A stretch of DNA of 64,000 nt from Torpedo marmorata (GCA_977017645.1 OZ360222.1:103788001-103852000), one strand, 5' to 3'; positions 1 through 13,864 are shown, counted from the first letter of the stretch. Numbers and translations: made by a program. The notes: generated from the letters alone by a model not told the origin.

Positions 1-241
1 TTTCAACCAAAAATCATAAACTTTTGGACAAAACCATGTAGAATGTACAAAGGAACCTTCCTCTTTATTACATCTAAAACAAAAACCTGATAATGTCGGA
101 TTAAATTTCTTTAATTTTTTAGGTGTTAAATATAATTGATGAAAAAAATTATATTGTACTAGTCTATATCTAACATTAATAATCTTCGTCATACTTAATT
201 TACATAATTCTTTCCAGTGATTTTCATCTATTCTATCATTT
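1..241 (-). mobile_element. L1 ORF2 C-terminal fragment
   Basis: Near-identical to the reverse complement of about 6670-6905 of the local L1 family. Confidence 0.85.
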
Positions 242-1578
242 GAATTTGTTGACCCCATTCTCTTCACTCTGCCATCTCAGTCCTTGACCACGATTCCAAT
301 AAACAAGAAACAGTGTACAGCTGAGAACGTTGAGGCAAAGAGAGAAGTTAAAGCAGCCAATTTCATTGGGTAAGTGCAAGATAGGGAGCTAGAAAGGTCT
401 GATAAACTATTTTTATGCAAGAAGCCTGACAGGTAATTCTCTAAATTGTCCACATAACAAATGTTACTTCAAAAGAGTGGCAGAAGACAACCTGAAGGAC
501 AATAGGATTTTAAATCTTTTCAGTCAGTTTGCTTTTCAACTGTGTGTGAGGATAACAAAGAAGACTGGATTAGCTTTCTGAATAAACTCAATAGTGTGCC
601 ATTTGTTAGGTATTATTAGAAAAAAAGATAATGAAACAATTAAGAACATACTAGGAAAGAGGAGTACTGATGAAAAGAAGTCAAGCTAAATAGAAATGTT
701 CCAGTTGGAGGTGTGCAGATATATCTGAAGTTAACAGCAATAACAAAATAATCAAGTGTTTGATTCAGAATAAAACTTTCCAGATAGAAATAAGTTTCAC
801 TTGACTGGTGCATCTTTTAAAAATGATCAAGTTATTTTCACTTTCCCAACAAATAGTCACAACTGCCAATCATATATTGCAGTGGAACTAAGAATTTACA
901 TTTATATTCAAATTAAATATATCAGTTCATTCGCCTGACACAACAGTTAAAAATCCTAATTAGTTATTACTGAATAATAGAATTAATAATTATTGAGACA
1001 GCTGAAAATTGACGATTCTATCATTCGTACCTCGCTAGCAATGAAAAATGAATGTTCAAATATCTGTTAACTTATTTGATATGAAGGATACTCAATGATG
1101 TTGACTTTTCTCCCCTCTTAATTTCCTTTTGTGAACAAGTCACCTGATTTGTCACCCACATGAGCATTAGACATCAATGAGCATCAGCAAATGATTATGC
1201 TACTTGACTACGTGGCCACATCATAACCAAATTCAATATTCTTTTTTTTTACCTAAAGTCCAATCAGGATGTATATATTTGCATGGGGATCAGCAGTAGG
1301 AACTCTGGCCAACATACTTCTTCAAGCTCTTAGATAAGAGTAGGAACCTATCTCATCTTTACAATGCAACCAAGTATTAGATAACTCAATAAATCACAGG
1401 GGAGTCACTAAACAAATGAATTTGATGTTTTCATAAGAATGCATCTTGTTTTAAACAAGTTCATCTCAAAAGGAGATTCAGTTACAGCAAAGACAGTTTT
1501 ATCAAGGGATACATTTATTGTACTACAAGGAAATGGCAAATTAACAACAGTAAAGTAATTGAAGAATTTGACCAGTAC

Positions 1579-1647
1579 CTCATGAGTCCATGAAAGCATA
1601 AATGGAACAGGAAAATCTGTGGCACAATCAGGTGGTTCAGCTGGATA
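1579..1647 (-). CDS. FANCL: FANCL coding exon 7 (YPAEPPDCATDFPVPFMLSWTHE); the gene continues beyond the window start
   Basis: 69 bp, ttttcag acceptor and gtactg donor; YPxxxP RWD motif followed by DFPVPF..SWT. Confidence 0.95.
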
Positions 1648-1786
1648 CTGAAAATGGATATAAAAGATTAAATAAAGACTAGTTTGCTAACATCTGATTT
1701 CATTGTGTCACAAAAATGAAAAACTCCAATCTATCGATTTGTTTACAGACCTTTACCACATGAATTCCTGGGAACAAGTTTATTTA

Positions 1787-2826
1787 TTTATTTTTTTTAA
1801 AATATTTTATTTAAAATTTTAAATCACAAAATACATAAGGTAAAATATAAAATTATCAAAATACTTGTGATTATTTTCACCCCCCCTCCCTAACCCTCCC
1901 ATCCCTACTAATCTAATAAAATAAAAATAAAATAAAAAGAAAGAAAAAGATAGAGTAAGGAGAATGTCAATCTAAAAAATAAATCTATAAACTGATTCTA
2001 TTATGGAGGTTAGGTTCGCCAGTAGATCCGATGTCCAGAGATCTTCAAATCCTTAAACCGACAGCTTTCATATATGGGCTCCAAATTTTTAAAAAGAAAT
2101 AATACTTATTACGTAAATTATAAGTAATTTTTTCAAGTGGTATAGCTGAACGAAGTTCTGCATGCCATCTTTCTAACCCTAAATCTACATCAGATTTCCA
2201 TGTAATAGCAATGCATTTTTTAGAAACAGCTAAAGCGATTCGTAAAAATTCTATTTGATACATATTTAATTTCATCTTAATACTAACTTTTTTGATATCT
2301 CCAAACAAAAATATCATAGGATCCATTGGAAATGTAATTTTTAATACTTTATCTAAAAATTTTTTAACTTTCAACCAAAAATCATAAACTTTTGGACAAA
2401 ACCATGTAGAATGTACGAAAGAACCTTCTTCTTTATTACATCTGAAACATAAACCTGATAATGTCGGATTGAATTTCTTTAATTTTTTAGGTGTTAAATA
2501 TAATTGATGAAAAAATTGTATTGTACTAATCTATATCTAACATTAATAATCTTTGTCATACTTAATTTACATAATTCTTTCCAATGATTTTCATCTATTG
2601 TTACATTCAAATCTAATTCCCACTTTAATCTTGATTTATGAATTGCTACTTTAGGAATTTTTCTCTGAAACAATCTATACATTTGAGAAATAAATTTATT
2701 TATATCTCCTTTAGTAACTAATAATTCTAATTCATTCTGTTTTGGTAAAATCAAACTATAACCTAATTTCCCAACCAAAAATGCTCTAATTTGATAATAA
2801 GCAAAAAGTGTATTATCCAATATATA
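1787..2826 (-). mobile_element. 5'-truncated L1 (ORF2 end, 3' UTR and poly-A)
   Basis: ORF2 C-terminus ending KIWSPYMKAVGLRI; T-tract at left; TSD aacaagtttattta at 1773-1786 and 2827-2840. Confidence 0.92.
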
Positions 2827-2859
2827 AACAAGTTTATTTAAGGAAACCTTTTCTTAAAA

Positions 2860-5800
2860 TAGCATTGCAGGAGAGGCTTAGGTAGAATACTTAGAAGAGA
2901 TTTTCACCAGACGGTGGGTGAGCATATTGTCTGAGGAGATGGCAGAAGTCTGTACTCTTACCAGACTGAAGAAATAACAAAATAAGGGCTTGAATTATTG
3001 TGGCATCGAAAACTATTGGCTGAGTGCTGTAAAACAGGATTTGAAAACACAGGAACCTGACGATTCGCATGAACATGCTGTGCTGGAGGGCCTGTTTTTC
3101 TGATGAGTAACTCGCTGGAGCTCGACAAATTTGTCTCAATATGTTAGGGGCAAAATAATCCTAAACTTATCACGAAGCTTTGGCTCAACAGGCTTCGGCG
3201 AGAACAGGTAAGAGGCGAGGGATAGTAGGAGTTGAAGTAAGAAAAGGACACCCTATTCGAGGAAGAAAAAAGATTCAGCAGGTAGGTACAGGTAAGAGGT
3301 TTTAGATATTTTTTTCCTCCAGTCATAAACAGAGGGAATGGCAGCCAAGGCAGGGGAATGCTCCTCTTGCAGAATGTGGGTCATCAGGGAAGCCAGCAGT
3401 ATCCCTGACGACTTCATCTGCGAGAAGTGCATCCAGCTGCAGCTCCTGACAAGCCAATTTAAGGAATTGGAGCTGGAGTTGGATGAACTCCGGTTCACTC
3501 GGTAACAGAGGGGGTGATAGACAGGAGTTACAGGGACACTATCACATCTAGGAGGCAGGAGGAGGGTAAATGGGTGACAGTCTGGAGGGGGAAAGGGAAC
3601 AGGCAGGCAGAGTGCAGGGTACCACTGTAGCCGTTCCCCTCAATAACAAGTATGCCAGTTGGATACTGTTGGGGGGGGGGAAACGACCTACCATGAACAA
3701 GCCATGGCGATCAGGTCTCTGGCACGGAGTCTGGTCCTGTGGCTAAGAAGGGAAGGGAGGAGAAGAGGCGAGCTGTAGTAATAGGGGATTCCATAGTTAG
3801 GGGGTCAGATAAGAGGTTCTCTGGAAGAGAACGAGTATCCCGGATGATATGTTGCCTCCCTGGGGTCAGGGTTCGAGATATCTCAGTTCGAGTTCACAGC
3901 ATTCTCATGAGGGAGGGTGAGCAGCCAGATGTCACGGTACATGTAGGGACCAATGACGTGGTTAGGAAGGGTGAGGAGGTCCTGCAAGGAGAGTTCAGGG
4001 AATTAGGCTCTAGGTTGAAGAACAGGACCTCCAGGGTTGTGATCTCAGGATTGCTACCTGTGCCACGTGCTAGTGAGGTTAGAAATAGGAGGATAATGCA
4101 TCTTAACACGTGGCTAAAGACATAGTGAAGGAGGAAGGGCTTCAGGTTTCTGGATCATTGGGTTCTCTTCTAGGTAAGATGGGACCTATTCCGACGGGAT
4201 GGTTTGCATCTGAACTGGAGGGGGACTAATATCCTTGCAGGAAGGTTTGCTAGTGCTGCTCCGGTGGGTTTAAACTAGATTTGCAGGGAGATGGGAATCA
4301 GAGTGTCAGAGCAGATAGTGGAGGAGAGAAAAAAATTATGTGAAAATTGCACGTAACGTTAGAAGTCAACGGGTTGTATGTGGTGGAAATGTTCTCAGGT
4401 GCATCTATTTCAATGCAAGGAGTATTGTAAGAAAGGCAGACGAGCTTAGAGCGTGGATTGGCACGTGGAATTATGACATTGTGGCCATTAGTGAAACTTG
4501 GTTGCAGGAGGAGCAGGTCTGGCAGCTTAATTTTCTGGACTTCCGATGCTTTAGATGCGATAGAACCGGCAGGGGGGAGGGTGAAAGGGGGAGGAGTGGC
4601 ATTGCTCGTCAGGGAAAATATCACAGCTGTGCTCAGGCAGGACAGACCAGAGGGCTCGTCTACAGAGGCTATATGGGTGGAGCTGAGGAACGGTGTGACC
4701 ACAATCATGGGGTTGTATTATAGACTGCCCAATAGTCAGCGAGAATTGGAGGAGCAAATCTGTAGAGAGATAGCAGACAGCTACAGGAAACATAAGGTTG
4801 TGATAGTAGGAGATTTTAATTTTCCACATATTGACTGGGACTCCCATACTGTAAAAGGGCTGGATGGATTGGAGTTTGTCAAATGTGTTCAGGAAAGTTT
4901 TCTAAATCAATAAAAAGAGGTACCAACTAGAGAGAATGCAATACTGGATCTCCTATTAGGGAACAAGACAGGACAGGTGACAGAGGTATGTGTAGGGGAA
5001 CATTTTGGGTCCAGTGATCATAATGCCATTAGTTTCAAGTTAATTATGGAGAAGGATAGGTAATGCAATAATTACAGTCATACCAAAAAAAGATAGAGAT
5101 GTATTGAAAACTGAATCATATAGAACTATTTCATTGTTAAATGTAGTTTATAAGATAATGGCAAAAATTCTAGCAAATAGAATGGCTAATTATTTACCAG
5201 ATTTAATTCATGTAGATCAAGCTGGTTTTATTAAAATTAGATATTCAAAAGACAATATAGCTAGATTAATTAGTTTAATTAATCTACATAAAAAGAAGGA
5301 AGATTTACCATTAGTTTTAACCTTAGATGCTGAAAAGGCTTTTGATAGATTAGAATAGAATTTTTTATTTAAGGTATTGGAGAAATTTGGTTTTGGAACC
5401 ATTTTTATTAATTGGATTAAAACTATATATAAAGAACCATCCGCTAAAGTAATTACAAATGGACAAATTTCTTCAAGATTTCCCCTGACTAGATCTACTA
5501 GACAAGGATGTCCTTTGTCACCAGCGTTATTTATTTTGGCGATAGAACCTTTGGCAGAATTAGTTTATTTGCAGATGATGTATTGATATATATGACAAAA
5601 TCTATTACATCTTTAGTACAACTGTCTGCGTTATTGAGAGAATATGGGGAAATATCGGGATATAAAATTAACTGATAAAAGTGAAATTATGGCATTATCA
5701 CAAGGGGATTATAGTAAGTGTAAAGAAATTAAATATTTGGGAATAAAGATTGATACAAAATTGGATAATTTATATAAATTAAATTATTTACCATTATTTG

Positions 5801-8800
5801 TGAAAATAAAAAAAGATCTAGAAAATTGGAAAGATTTACCTATAACTTTAATGGGAAGGGTAAATTGTATTAAAATGAATGTTTTTCCAAGAATTCAATA
5901 TCTTTTCCAATCAATTCCTTATGAAGTTCCTCAAAATTTTTAGAGACTTAAATTCAATTATTAGAAAATTTTTATGGAAAGGAAAGTTAGCAAGAGTAGA
6001 TATAGAAAAATTATCTTGGAATTTTGAAATGGGTGGTTTACAACTTCCTAATTTCCAAAATTATTATAAAGCAGCTCAATTAAAATTTGTTAATGAACTT
6101 TTTGATCCAATTAAATCTTCTGCTTGGATTAAAATAGAATTAAATAATATAGAAGAAGATCCAAAGAAGAAGTTATTTATAAATGGGATTCTAAATTAAT
6201 ATCAACAAGAAAGAAAAATTCTCCTATTTTTAAACATTTGTTAGAAATATGGAATAAGACGGATAAGGAAATTGGGGGAAGAACAATGATTTCTCCAAGG
6301 ATGCCTTTATATCAAAATGGACTTATTCCATTTACTATTAATAATCAATTATTTAAAATTTGGTTTCAAAAAGGAATTAAGAAGATTAATGATTGTTTTG
6401 AAGCTGGGAAATTTATTACTTTTCAAAGAATGAAAGATAAATTTAATATATTAGATAATACACTTTTTGCTTATTATCAAATTAGAACTTTTCTGATTGA
6501 GAAATTAGGTTATGCTTTGATTTTACCAAGACAAAATGAATTAGAATTATTAGTTACTAATGGAGATGTTAATAAATTTATTTCTCAAATGTATAAATTG
6601 TTTCAGAGGAAAATGCCTAAAGTAGGATTGCATAAATCAAGATTAAAATGGGAACTAGATTTGAATGTAAGAATAGATGAAAATCAGTGGAAAGAATTAT
6701 GTAAATTAAGTATGACAAAGATTATTAATGTTAGATATAGATTAGTACAATACAATTTTTTTCATCAATTATATTTAACACCTAAAAAATTAAATAAATT
6801 TAATCCGACACTATCAAGTTTATGTTTTAGATGTAATAAAGAGGAAGGGTCTTTTGTACATTCTACATGGTTTTGTCCAAAAGTTTATGATTTTTGGTTG
6901 AAAGTTAAAAAATTTTTAGATAAAGTATTTAAGATTACATTTCCAATGGATCCTATGATATTTTTGTTTGGAGATATTAGAAAACTTAGTATTAAAATGA
7001 AATTAAATATGTATCAAATAGAATTTTTGCGAATTGCTTTAGCTGTTTCAAAGAAATGCATTGTTATTATTTGGAAATCTGATTTAGATTTAGGATTAGA
7101 AAGATGGCATGCAGAACTTCGTTCGTGTATACCACTTGAAAAAAATACTTATAATTTACGCAATAAATATCATTTCTTCTTAAAAATTTGGAGCCCATAT
7201 ATGAAAGCTGTTGGTTTAAGGATTTGAAGATCTCTGGATATCGGATCTACTGGCATACTTGACCTCCATAATAGAATTAGTTTATAGATTGGCATTCCCC
7301 TTACTCTATCTTTTTCTTTCTTTTTCTTCTTCTTTTTCTATTTTTATTTTATATTTTTATTTTTTATTAGATTAGTGGGGTTGGGGAGGGGAGGGGGGGT
7401 GAAAATGTATCACAAATAATTTGATAATTTTATATTTTATTTTATGTATTTTGTGATTTAAAAATTTTAAATAAAATATTTTTAAAAAAAGAAAGAAAAA
7501 TTCTCCTATTTTTAAACATTTGTTAGAAATATGGAATAAGACGGATAAGGAAATAGGGGGAAGAACAATGATTTCTCCAAGGATGCCTTTATATCAAAAT
7601 GGACTTATTCCATTTACTATTAATAATCAATTATTTAAAATTTTTAACTTTCAACCAAAAATCAAACTTTTGAACAAAACCATGTAGAATATACAAAGGA
7701 ACCTTCCTCTTTATTACATCTAAAACATAAACCTAATAATGTCGGATTAAATTTCTTTAATTTTTTAGGTGTTAAATATAATTGATGAAAAAAATTATAT
7801 TGTACTAGTCTATAATCTAACATTAATAATCTTCGTCATACTTAATTTACATAATTCTTTCCACTGATTTTCATCTATTCTTACATTCAAATCTAGTTCC
7901 CATTTTAATCTTGATTTATGCAAACCTACTTTAGGCATTTTCCTCTGAAACAATTTATACATTTGAGAAATAAATTTATTAACATCTCCATTAGTAACTA
8001 ATAATTCTAATTCATTCTGTCTTGGTAAAATCAAAGCATAACCTAATTTCTCAATCAAAAAAGCTCTAATTTGATAATAAGCAAAAAGTGTATTATCTAA
8101 TATATTAAATTTATCTTTCATTCTTTGAAACGTAATAAATTTCCCAGCTTCAAAACAATCATTAATCTTCTTAATTCCTTTTTGAAACCAAATTTTACAT
8201 AATTGATTATTAATAGTAAATGGAATAAGTCCATTTTGATATAAAGGCATCTTTGAAGAAATCAATCCTTTTCCTCCTATTTCCTTGTCTGTCTTATTCC
8301 ATATTTCTAACAGATGTTTAAAAATAGGCGAATTTTTCTTTTTTGTTGATATTAATTTAGAATCCCATTTATAAATAATTTCTTCTTTGGAATCATCACC
8401 TATATTATTTAATTCTATTTTAATCCAAGCAGGAAATTTAGTTGAATCAAAAAATTATAAATATCATTTTTTCTTAAAAATTTGGAGCCCATATATGAAA
8501 GTTGTTGGTTTAAGGATTTGAAGATCTCTGGGTATCGGATCTACTGGCATACCTGACCTCCACAATAGAATTAGTTTATAGATGTATGTTTTTTAGATTG
8601 GCATTCTCCTTACTCTATCTTTTTCTTTCTCTATTTTTATTTTTATTAGATTAGTGGGGTTGGGAGGGTTGGGGAGGGGAGGGTGGGAGGGGGGGTGAAA
8701 ATGTATCACAAATATTTTGATAATTTCATATTTTATGTATTCTGTGATTTAAAATTTTAAATAAAATATTTTAAAAAAAGAGAAGGCTAGGTCTGGGCCT

Positions 8801-9300
8801 CGAATTGAGATTATAAATTGGAGAAATGCCAATTTTGAGGAAATGAGAAAGGATCTAGAATTCGTGGATGGGGATGTTGTTTTCGAGCAAGGATGTGCAA
8901 GGTAAGTGGAGGACCTTCAAAGGTGAAATTTTGAGAGTACAGAGTTTGTATGTTCCTGTCACGATTAAAGGCAAGGTTAGCAGGCATAGGGAACCTTGGT
9001 TTTTGAGGGATATTGGGGATTTGGTCGGACGAAGAGAGAGAGATATAACAGGTATAGGCAACATGGAACAAATGAGGTACTTGGAGTATAGAAAATTCAG
9101 GAAAAACCTCGAAAGAAATCAGAAAGGTAAAAAGACATGAGGTTGCTTTGGCAGACAATGTGAAGGAAAATCCTAAGGGTTTCTACAGGTATATTAAGAG
9201 CAAAAGGATAGTTAGGGACAAAATTGGTACCCTTGAAGATCAGAGTGGTCGGCTTTGTATGAAGCCAAAAGAGATGGGGGAAGATCTTAAATGTTTTTTT
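2860..9300 (+). mobile_element. CR1 LINE 5' half (ORF1 Zn-finger/leucine zipper plus SGNH esterase; ORF2 APE endonuclease), interrupted by L1 at 5061-8778
   Basis: ORF1 CSSC..CEKC followed by a zipper at about 3340; GDSIVRG / HVGTND esterase motifs; APE motifs YFNARSI, ISETW, GDFNFP; sequence resumes at 8779 colinear with the CR1 copy at 53220. Confidence 0.9.
5061..8778 (+). mobile_element. Compound L1 insertion (RT to poly-A, restart, internal inversion, second 3' end)
   Basis: RT motifs LDAEKAFD and TRQGCPLSP; two 3' UTR/poly-A ends (about 7490 and 8778); inverted block about 7640-8455; flanking TSD gagaagg(a/c)taggt. Confidence 0.88.
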
Positions 9301-9696
9301 TTCTTCATCACTATTCACTCAGTACACTGAATGCTGGCATTAAGAGTGATTTGAACATAGCTTTTTCAGACGAAGATTGGCATTCTACTCTGTGCCTGTT
9401 TCCTGAGTGCATATATGTTAAACTCAATAAAAATATTTTAAAAAGGACGTCGTATTGAACGTTGGAGAGACAAATGACTGATGTTGCGTTGCAGTAAGCT
9501 TACGAATCCTTTTTCAGGCTTCCTCAGATGACTTCCCTTGGTTCTCAAAGTGTGGTTTTTAACCCTTCCTCACTTTTAATTATCTTTACCAAAGGTATTT
9601 CCCAGACCAGACTGGAATTCCATCAATCACCAAGCTCCAGCTTGATTCAGACTCAGCCGATTGATCACTAATCAATCGACCTCCCAATTTGTTTGT

Positions 9697-9717
9697 ATCC
9701 CGGACGAAGAGCCCCCA
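9697..9717 (-). promoter_or_regulatory. tRNA-Pro-like primer binding site
   Basis: TGGGGGCTC(TTC)GTCCGGGAT, 3 nt after the LTR end; the canonical PBS-Pro is TGGGGGCTCGTCCGGGAT. Confidence 0.8.
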
Positions 9718-9877
9718 CTTTGTTACATCTCAAACCAGCAGCAACAGAAGATGCAATTCAAAAGGGTTAAATTTTAACTATATTTATTAATGACTATTAA
9801 CAATATAATGTATTAACACAATTAACCCCACTATAAGTATCTATAGCAAATATACGGATATCATATATTTATAAATA

Positions 9878-10752
9878 CAGGTAGTCCTCGAATTACGACC
9901 GTAATTGGGACCGAAGGAGTGGTCGTAAGTCGGATTCATCCTGCCGCGCATATCTGCTACCACCCCCACTACCACCACCATCAACATTATTTTCAGTTTA
10001 AAGCCTTGTTTCAGCTCTAGTTGTTGTATTTACTTGGATTCTGGTCCTAGCTAATTCAAGGGAAACCCATCCTTGTGGTGGAACAGCTCACCCATCCGAG
10101 TTCCTGACGCCCCGACCGCCTGCCCATCCTTGCCTGGGCCGCCCGTCCATCCGAGCTCCCGACGCCCCCCGACTGCGGATCCTTGCCTTGGCCGCCCGCC
10201 CACCGGAGTTCCCGACGCCCCGACCGCGGATCCTTGCCTGGGCTGCCCACCCACCGGAGCTCTCGACGCCCCGACCGTGGATCCTTGTCTGGGCCGCCCG
10301 TCCATCCGAGCTTCCCGACGCCCCGACCACGGATCCTTGTCTGGGCCGCCCGTCCATCCGAGCTTCCCGATGCCCCGAACATGTCTTCGTTACCCATAAT
10401 CCCCCACGCAGCTGGAACCGCTCTGCGTTTCCCTGGCGCTGGCAGAGCGGTTCCAGCTGCGTGGGGGATTATGGGTAACGAAGACAGCCATTGATCCCGC
10501 ATTGAGCTACGGCTCCTGCCTGACGCTCGAGTCCAATGACTACTTCTAACGAGTTTAAACATGCTGCTGAGCAGCGTTAAGCTGTGAGCGTTCAGCGTCG
10601 TCGCACACTTTATTATGCGATTTTTATGAACTTCAAGTAAATACTGTAATAAAGAATCTCAACATATATACAGTGCTTTTAATACAAAAAAAATTTTGGT
10701 CATATGTGCGGGTGGACGTAACTCGCGTAGGTCGTAAGTTGAGGACTACCTG
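9878..10752. mobile_element. Non-autonomous Tigger/pogo-like DNA transposon with a GC minisatellite and an internal hairpin
   Basis: TIRs caggtagtcctcgaattacgacc / ggtcgtaagttgaggactacctg; TA on both sides. Confidence 0.88.
10090..10380. repeat. GC-rich minisatellite, unit about 52-53 bp, about 5 copies
   Basis: Repeats of ccgagcttcccgacgccccgaccgcggatccttgtctgggccgcccgtccat. Confidence 0.85.
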
Positions 10753-12667
10753 TAGTGTGTATGTGAAAAACCCAGACCATTTCAGTGTGTGCCCAATATT
10801 CAAAAAGGAAAAATCCCCAAAACCCCAGGTCAGTCAGTCAGGTAAGTCAGTCCAAAAAACAGTCCACAAAATTCAATCTCAAAGTTCAATGTCCAAGTTC
10901 AGTTCTTTAACTGATAACAAAGACGTCGTATTGAAAGTTGGAGAGAGAAATGACTGATGTTGTGTTGCAGTAAGCTTACGAATCCTTTTTCATGCTTCCT
11001 CAGATGACTTCCCTTGGTTCTCAAAGTGTGGTTTTTAACCCTTCCTCACTCATGAGGCATGTGCATTTCACACAGCTCTCCAACTGCCCTCTACCGCTCC
11101 AACTGCCGTTCTGCCGTTCTACCGCTCCAACTGCCATTCCATTGTCTCTCTGTCTGCACAGCTCGACCTTGGCGAGTCAGCACTCAGCTGTACAAGTCAC
11201 ACAGCAGAATTCCATCCTTTATAATGACAGTCCACAGTCCAAAAGGTCAGTCCATGGACAATAACACATCATAGTACTCCAATCAACCAAAGCAGCGATT
11301 TAATAATGAAATGTTGCAGAAATGCAGGGAAATAACCAGTCCTTAAGTAAAAACATGGTGCCTCTGACTTGCACTCACTTCAAGGGCCATTAACCAAGAC
11401 CCAGTTCAAGACACTTAATGCAAGAAAATCTGCAGTGCCATTCAATGAATGGCACTGGAGAATATTGTACCATGAGAGTTGCTAATAAAATGCTAGCCTC
11501 CACAAGAGTGAGATTTTTCTTTCAAATGTTTTTCTAAAGAAATTAAGTAACTGTTAAAAGCTGACACAATTGTGGGGTTACATCATTAAATTTAGGCCCT
11601 GAAGATTAACATACCTTTTGGAAGCAACTCAAAATTTTCACTCCTGTCCTTCTCAAGTTACTAATTCTTCCAAGGAACATTTATAAGGACATTTTTTGTA
11701 GCAATGAGACCAGTTATTACTTGCAAGCTATTTCACTGTTTGACAAGATTATCATAAAGTCTATAGTGGGTACAGAAGTGTAATGGTCAATTTGCTGGTT
11801 CATTGATCCAAAGGCAAATTCATAGACAAATTTCTAATCAAATATTTTTATTTAAATTAAAAAATGTAATTTCATGGTGTTCTCGGTCATTATAACTACA
11901 AACATACTGGATTATTGCATAATCCCAAATGGCTCACTGATGAACTTTCAGGAAAGGAAAACAGCCAATATGCGATTCCAGACCCACGATGGTAACTCTT
12001 AAATGGTACTTTAGGAGCAATTAGTGATGAAGAATAAATGCTGGGATCGGCAATGAACATCACACCCCATGAATAAATAAATAAATAGAGATATAAATAA
12101 ATAAATAAATGGATAAATAGAGGCACATTTTCTGCTTTGGACACCCAATTGCATTTACAAACTCATGCCGAGTGTAAATTTGTGCCCATACTAGTTCCTG
12201 GCTCAGCCTAGAGAAACTCAACCCACAGAGGGAACAAATCTAGGATGTTGCTTTATATGGTATCGTCTCCCACTACATGATCTTGTTGGGTCACGAGGAG
12301 AACATTTGACGTGTCCTAATAAAATGACTGAATAACATTGAACGATTTTCTATGCAGCTTGTGAGGCCAAATATGCTTCTGTAAAAGCAAGCATCAAATA
12401 ATCAAGATCGACTCCAAGCAGTTACACTGTTTCCCAATGGAGTGAAAAAAACATGAATGCAACTTTGAAAGAGTCATGTTTTTCCCACAAGTCTAGAACC
12501 TCCAACCTCAAGTTGGATGCACATGCAAGATCAAATAATATCCAGTTCTTTCTTCGCCATGGTTAATAAATACATCTTCCCATATCCAATACCAGTTCCT
12601 TTTAAAAAAATTACTAAATTGCTGAAACCCCAACACTATATCTTTAAATCCATTACCGGTTCCTCAC

Positions 12668-12764
12668 CTTTGATTTTAATTTAACTGTGATCATATGCTC
12701 TCGACCTGCAGAATCCTCAGCCTTCAGCTTAATGGTCCTGAACTCTGTATCCATATAAGCTAAC
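12668..12764 (-). CDS. FANCL: FANCL coding exon 6 (LAYMDTEFRTIKLKAEDSAGREHMITVKLKSK)
   Basis: 97 bp, ttctctcag acceptor and gtgagg donor; TIKLKAED..GREH.IT.KLK motif of the DRWD region. Confidence 0.96.
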
Positions 12765-13864
12765 CTGAGAGAAAAATATGAAAGGTTTATGAAATCAAAG
12801 TCTACTAGCAATTTGATGTGTTTGCTTTACTCCTATTAATCTGAAACTAATATCAAAAAGACAAGGTCTTGAGTGCCAAGCATTTCTCCTGTCACAGATT
12901 TACTGCTGTTAATACACCAGGCTGCTGCTTAATGTGATCATATATCAGAAAATTATTTACGATCCGTGTCAAGGCTCACGCTGTGGTCAGTGAGCACCAT
13001 GTTTCAGTTTTCCATCATAGGTACCTTTGGCACACACAGCAGGTTCCTGCCAGCCTTTACTTATGCACACATAAAACATCCTGTCAGTCCTTTGATCAAT
13101 TTTTGCAGTTTTGTGCTGCATTAGGCCAGGCAGGATTTTTTGTTTCAGATCATAAAATTATTCATTTTTAATCTGCTCCTTCTCATTAAAGGTTTTGACC
13201 TGCAAACTATGAACATTTTCGTCAAAACTGATCATTGGTTCACACAGCCTCCCCAAATTCCTGCTATTGCAGCATTATCACTGTGTACAATTCTTAAATA
13301 GGGAATTCATCAATGTGGGTCATTTAATGGGAGAGCCACACAAAATCTATAAACATACTCTGGCAGGAGACACTCTACTGTTTATATTGATATTTGTTCA
13401 TCAATTACTAAACTTTCCTCACAGAAGGTGGTAAAATAATTACAGTTTAAGAAATTTGCACTCCCACATAACGTAGTAACAAGTCAAATTGGCCAGCAAG
13501 ATCCCCAGTTAAACTTATTTCAGTTCTGAGTTAGCCAATATTAGTCAGTGCAGCACAAGGGGGAAAATAGTAAGAATTTGCCAAAAACTTTTGATCGTTG
13601 GTCACAGAGTTCTGATGATCATAAGATTAGAGCCAGGCTTTCCAGGAGTGAAGTTAGCAAAAAATTCTACATAAAGAGGGTCTCAGAACTCTTCTGCAAA
13701 TAGTAATTGCCACAAGGTCAATTGTTAGAATTTAAATCTGAGTTAATAAAAGCAACAAAAAAAAAAGAAATTTAGAAAATAATAGGCCTAATACAGACAA
13801 TTTTTCAGGACCAGATGGTTTTTAACCTAGGTAGAAAGAAACAATGAGAACATTCTACATACCT

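Larger units (their letters stand above)
9721..11266 (-). mobile_element. LTR (TGT...ACA) related to the three solo LTRs, split by a Tigger-like element
   Basis: Minus-strand ends tgttattgtccatggactgacc... and ...gctggtttgagatgtaaca resemble the solo-LTR ends; a PBS follows it. Confidence 0.8.

Noticed and set aside
10051-10562. Overlapping Pro/Arg/Gly-rich ORFs
   Set aside because: Stop-poor GC minisatellite and hairpin, open in many frames on both strands.
11433-11458. 12-bp inverted repeat cagtgccattca/tgaatggcactg
   Set aside because: Too short and isolated to interpret.
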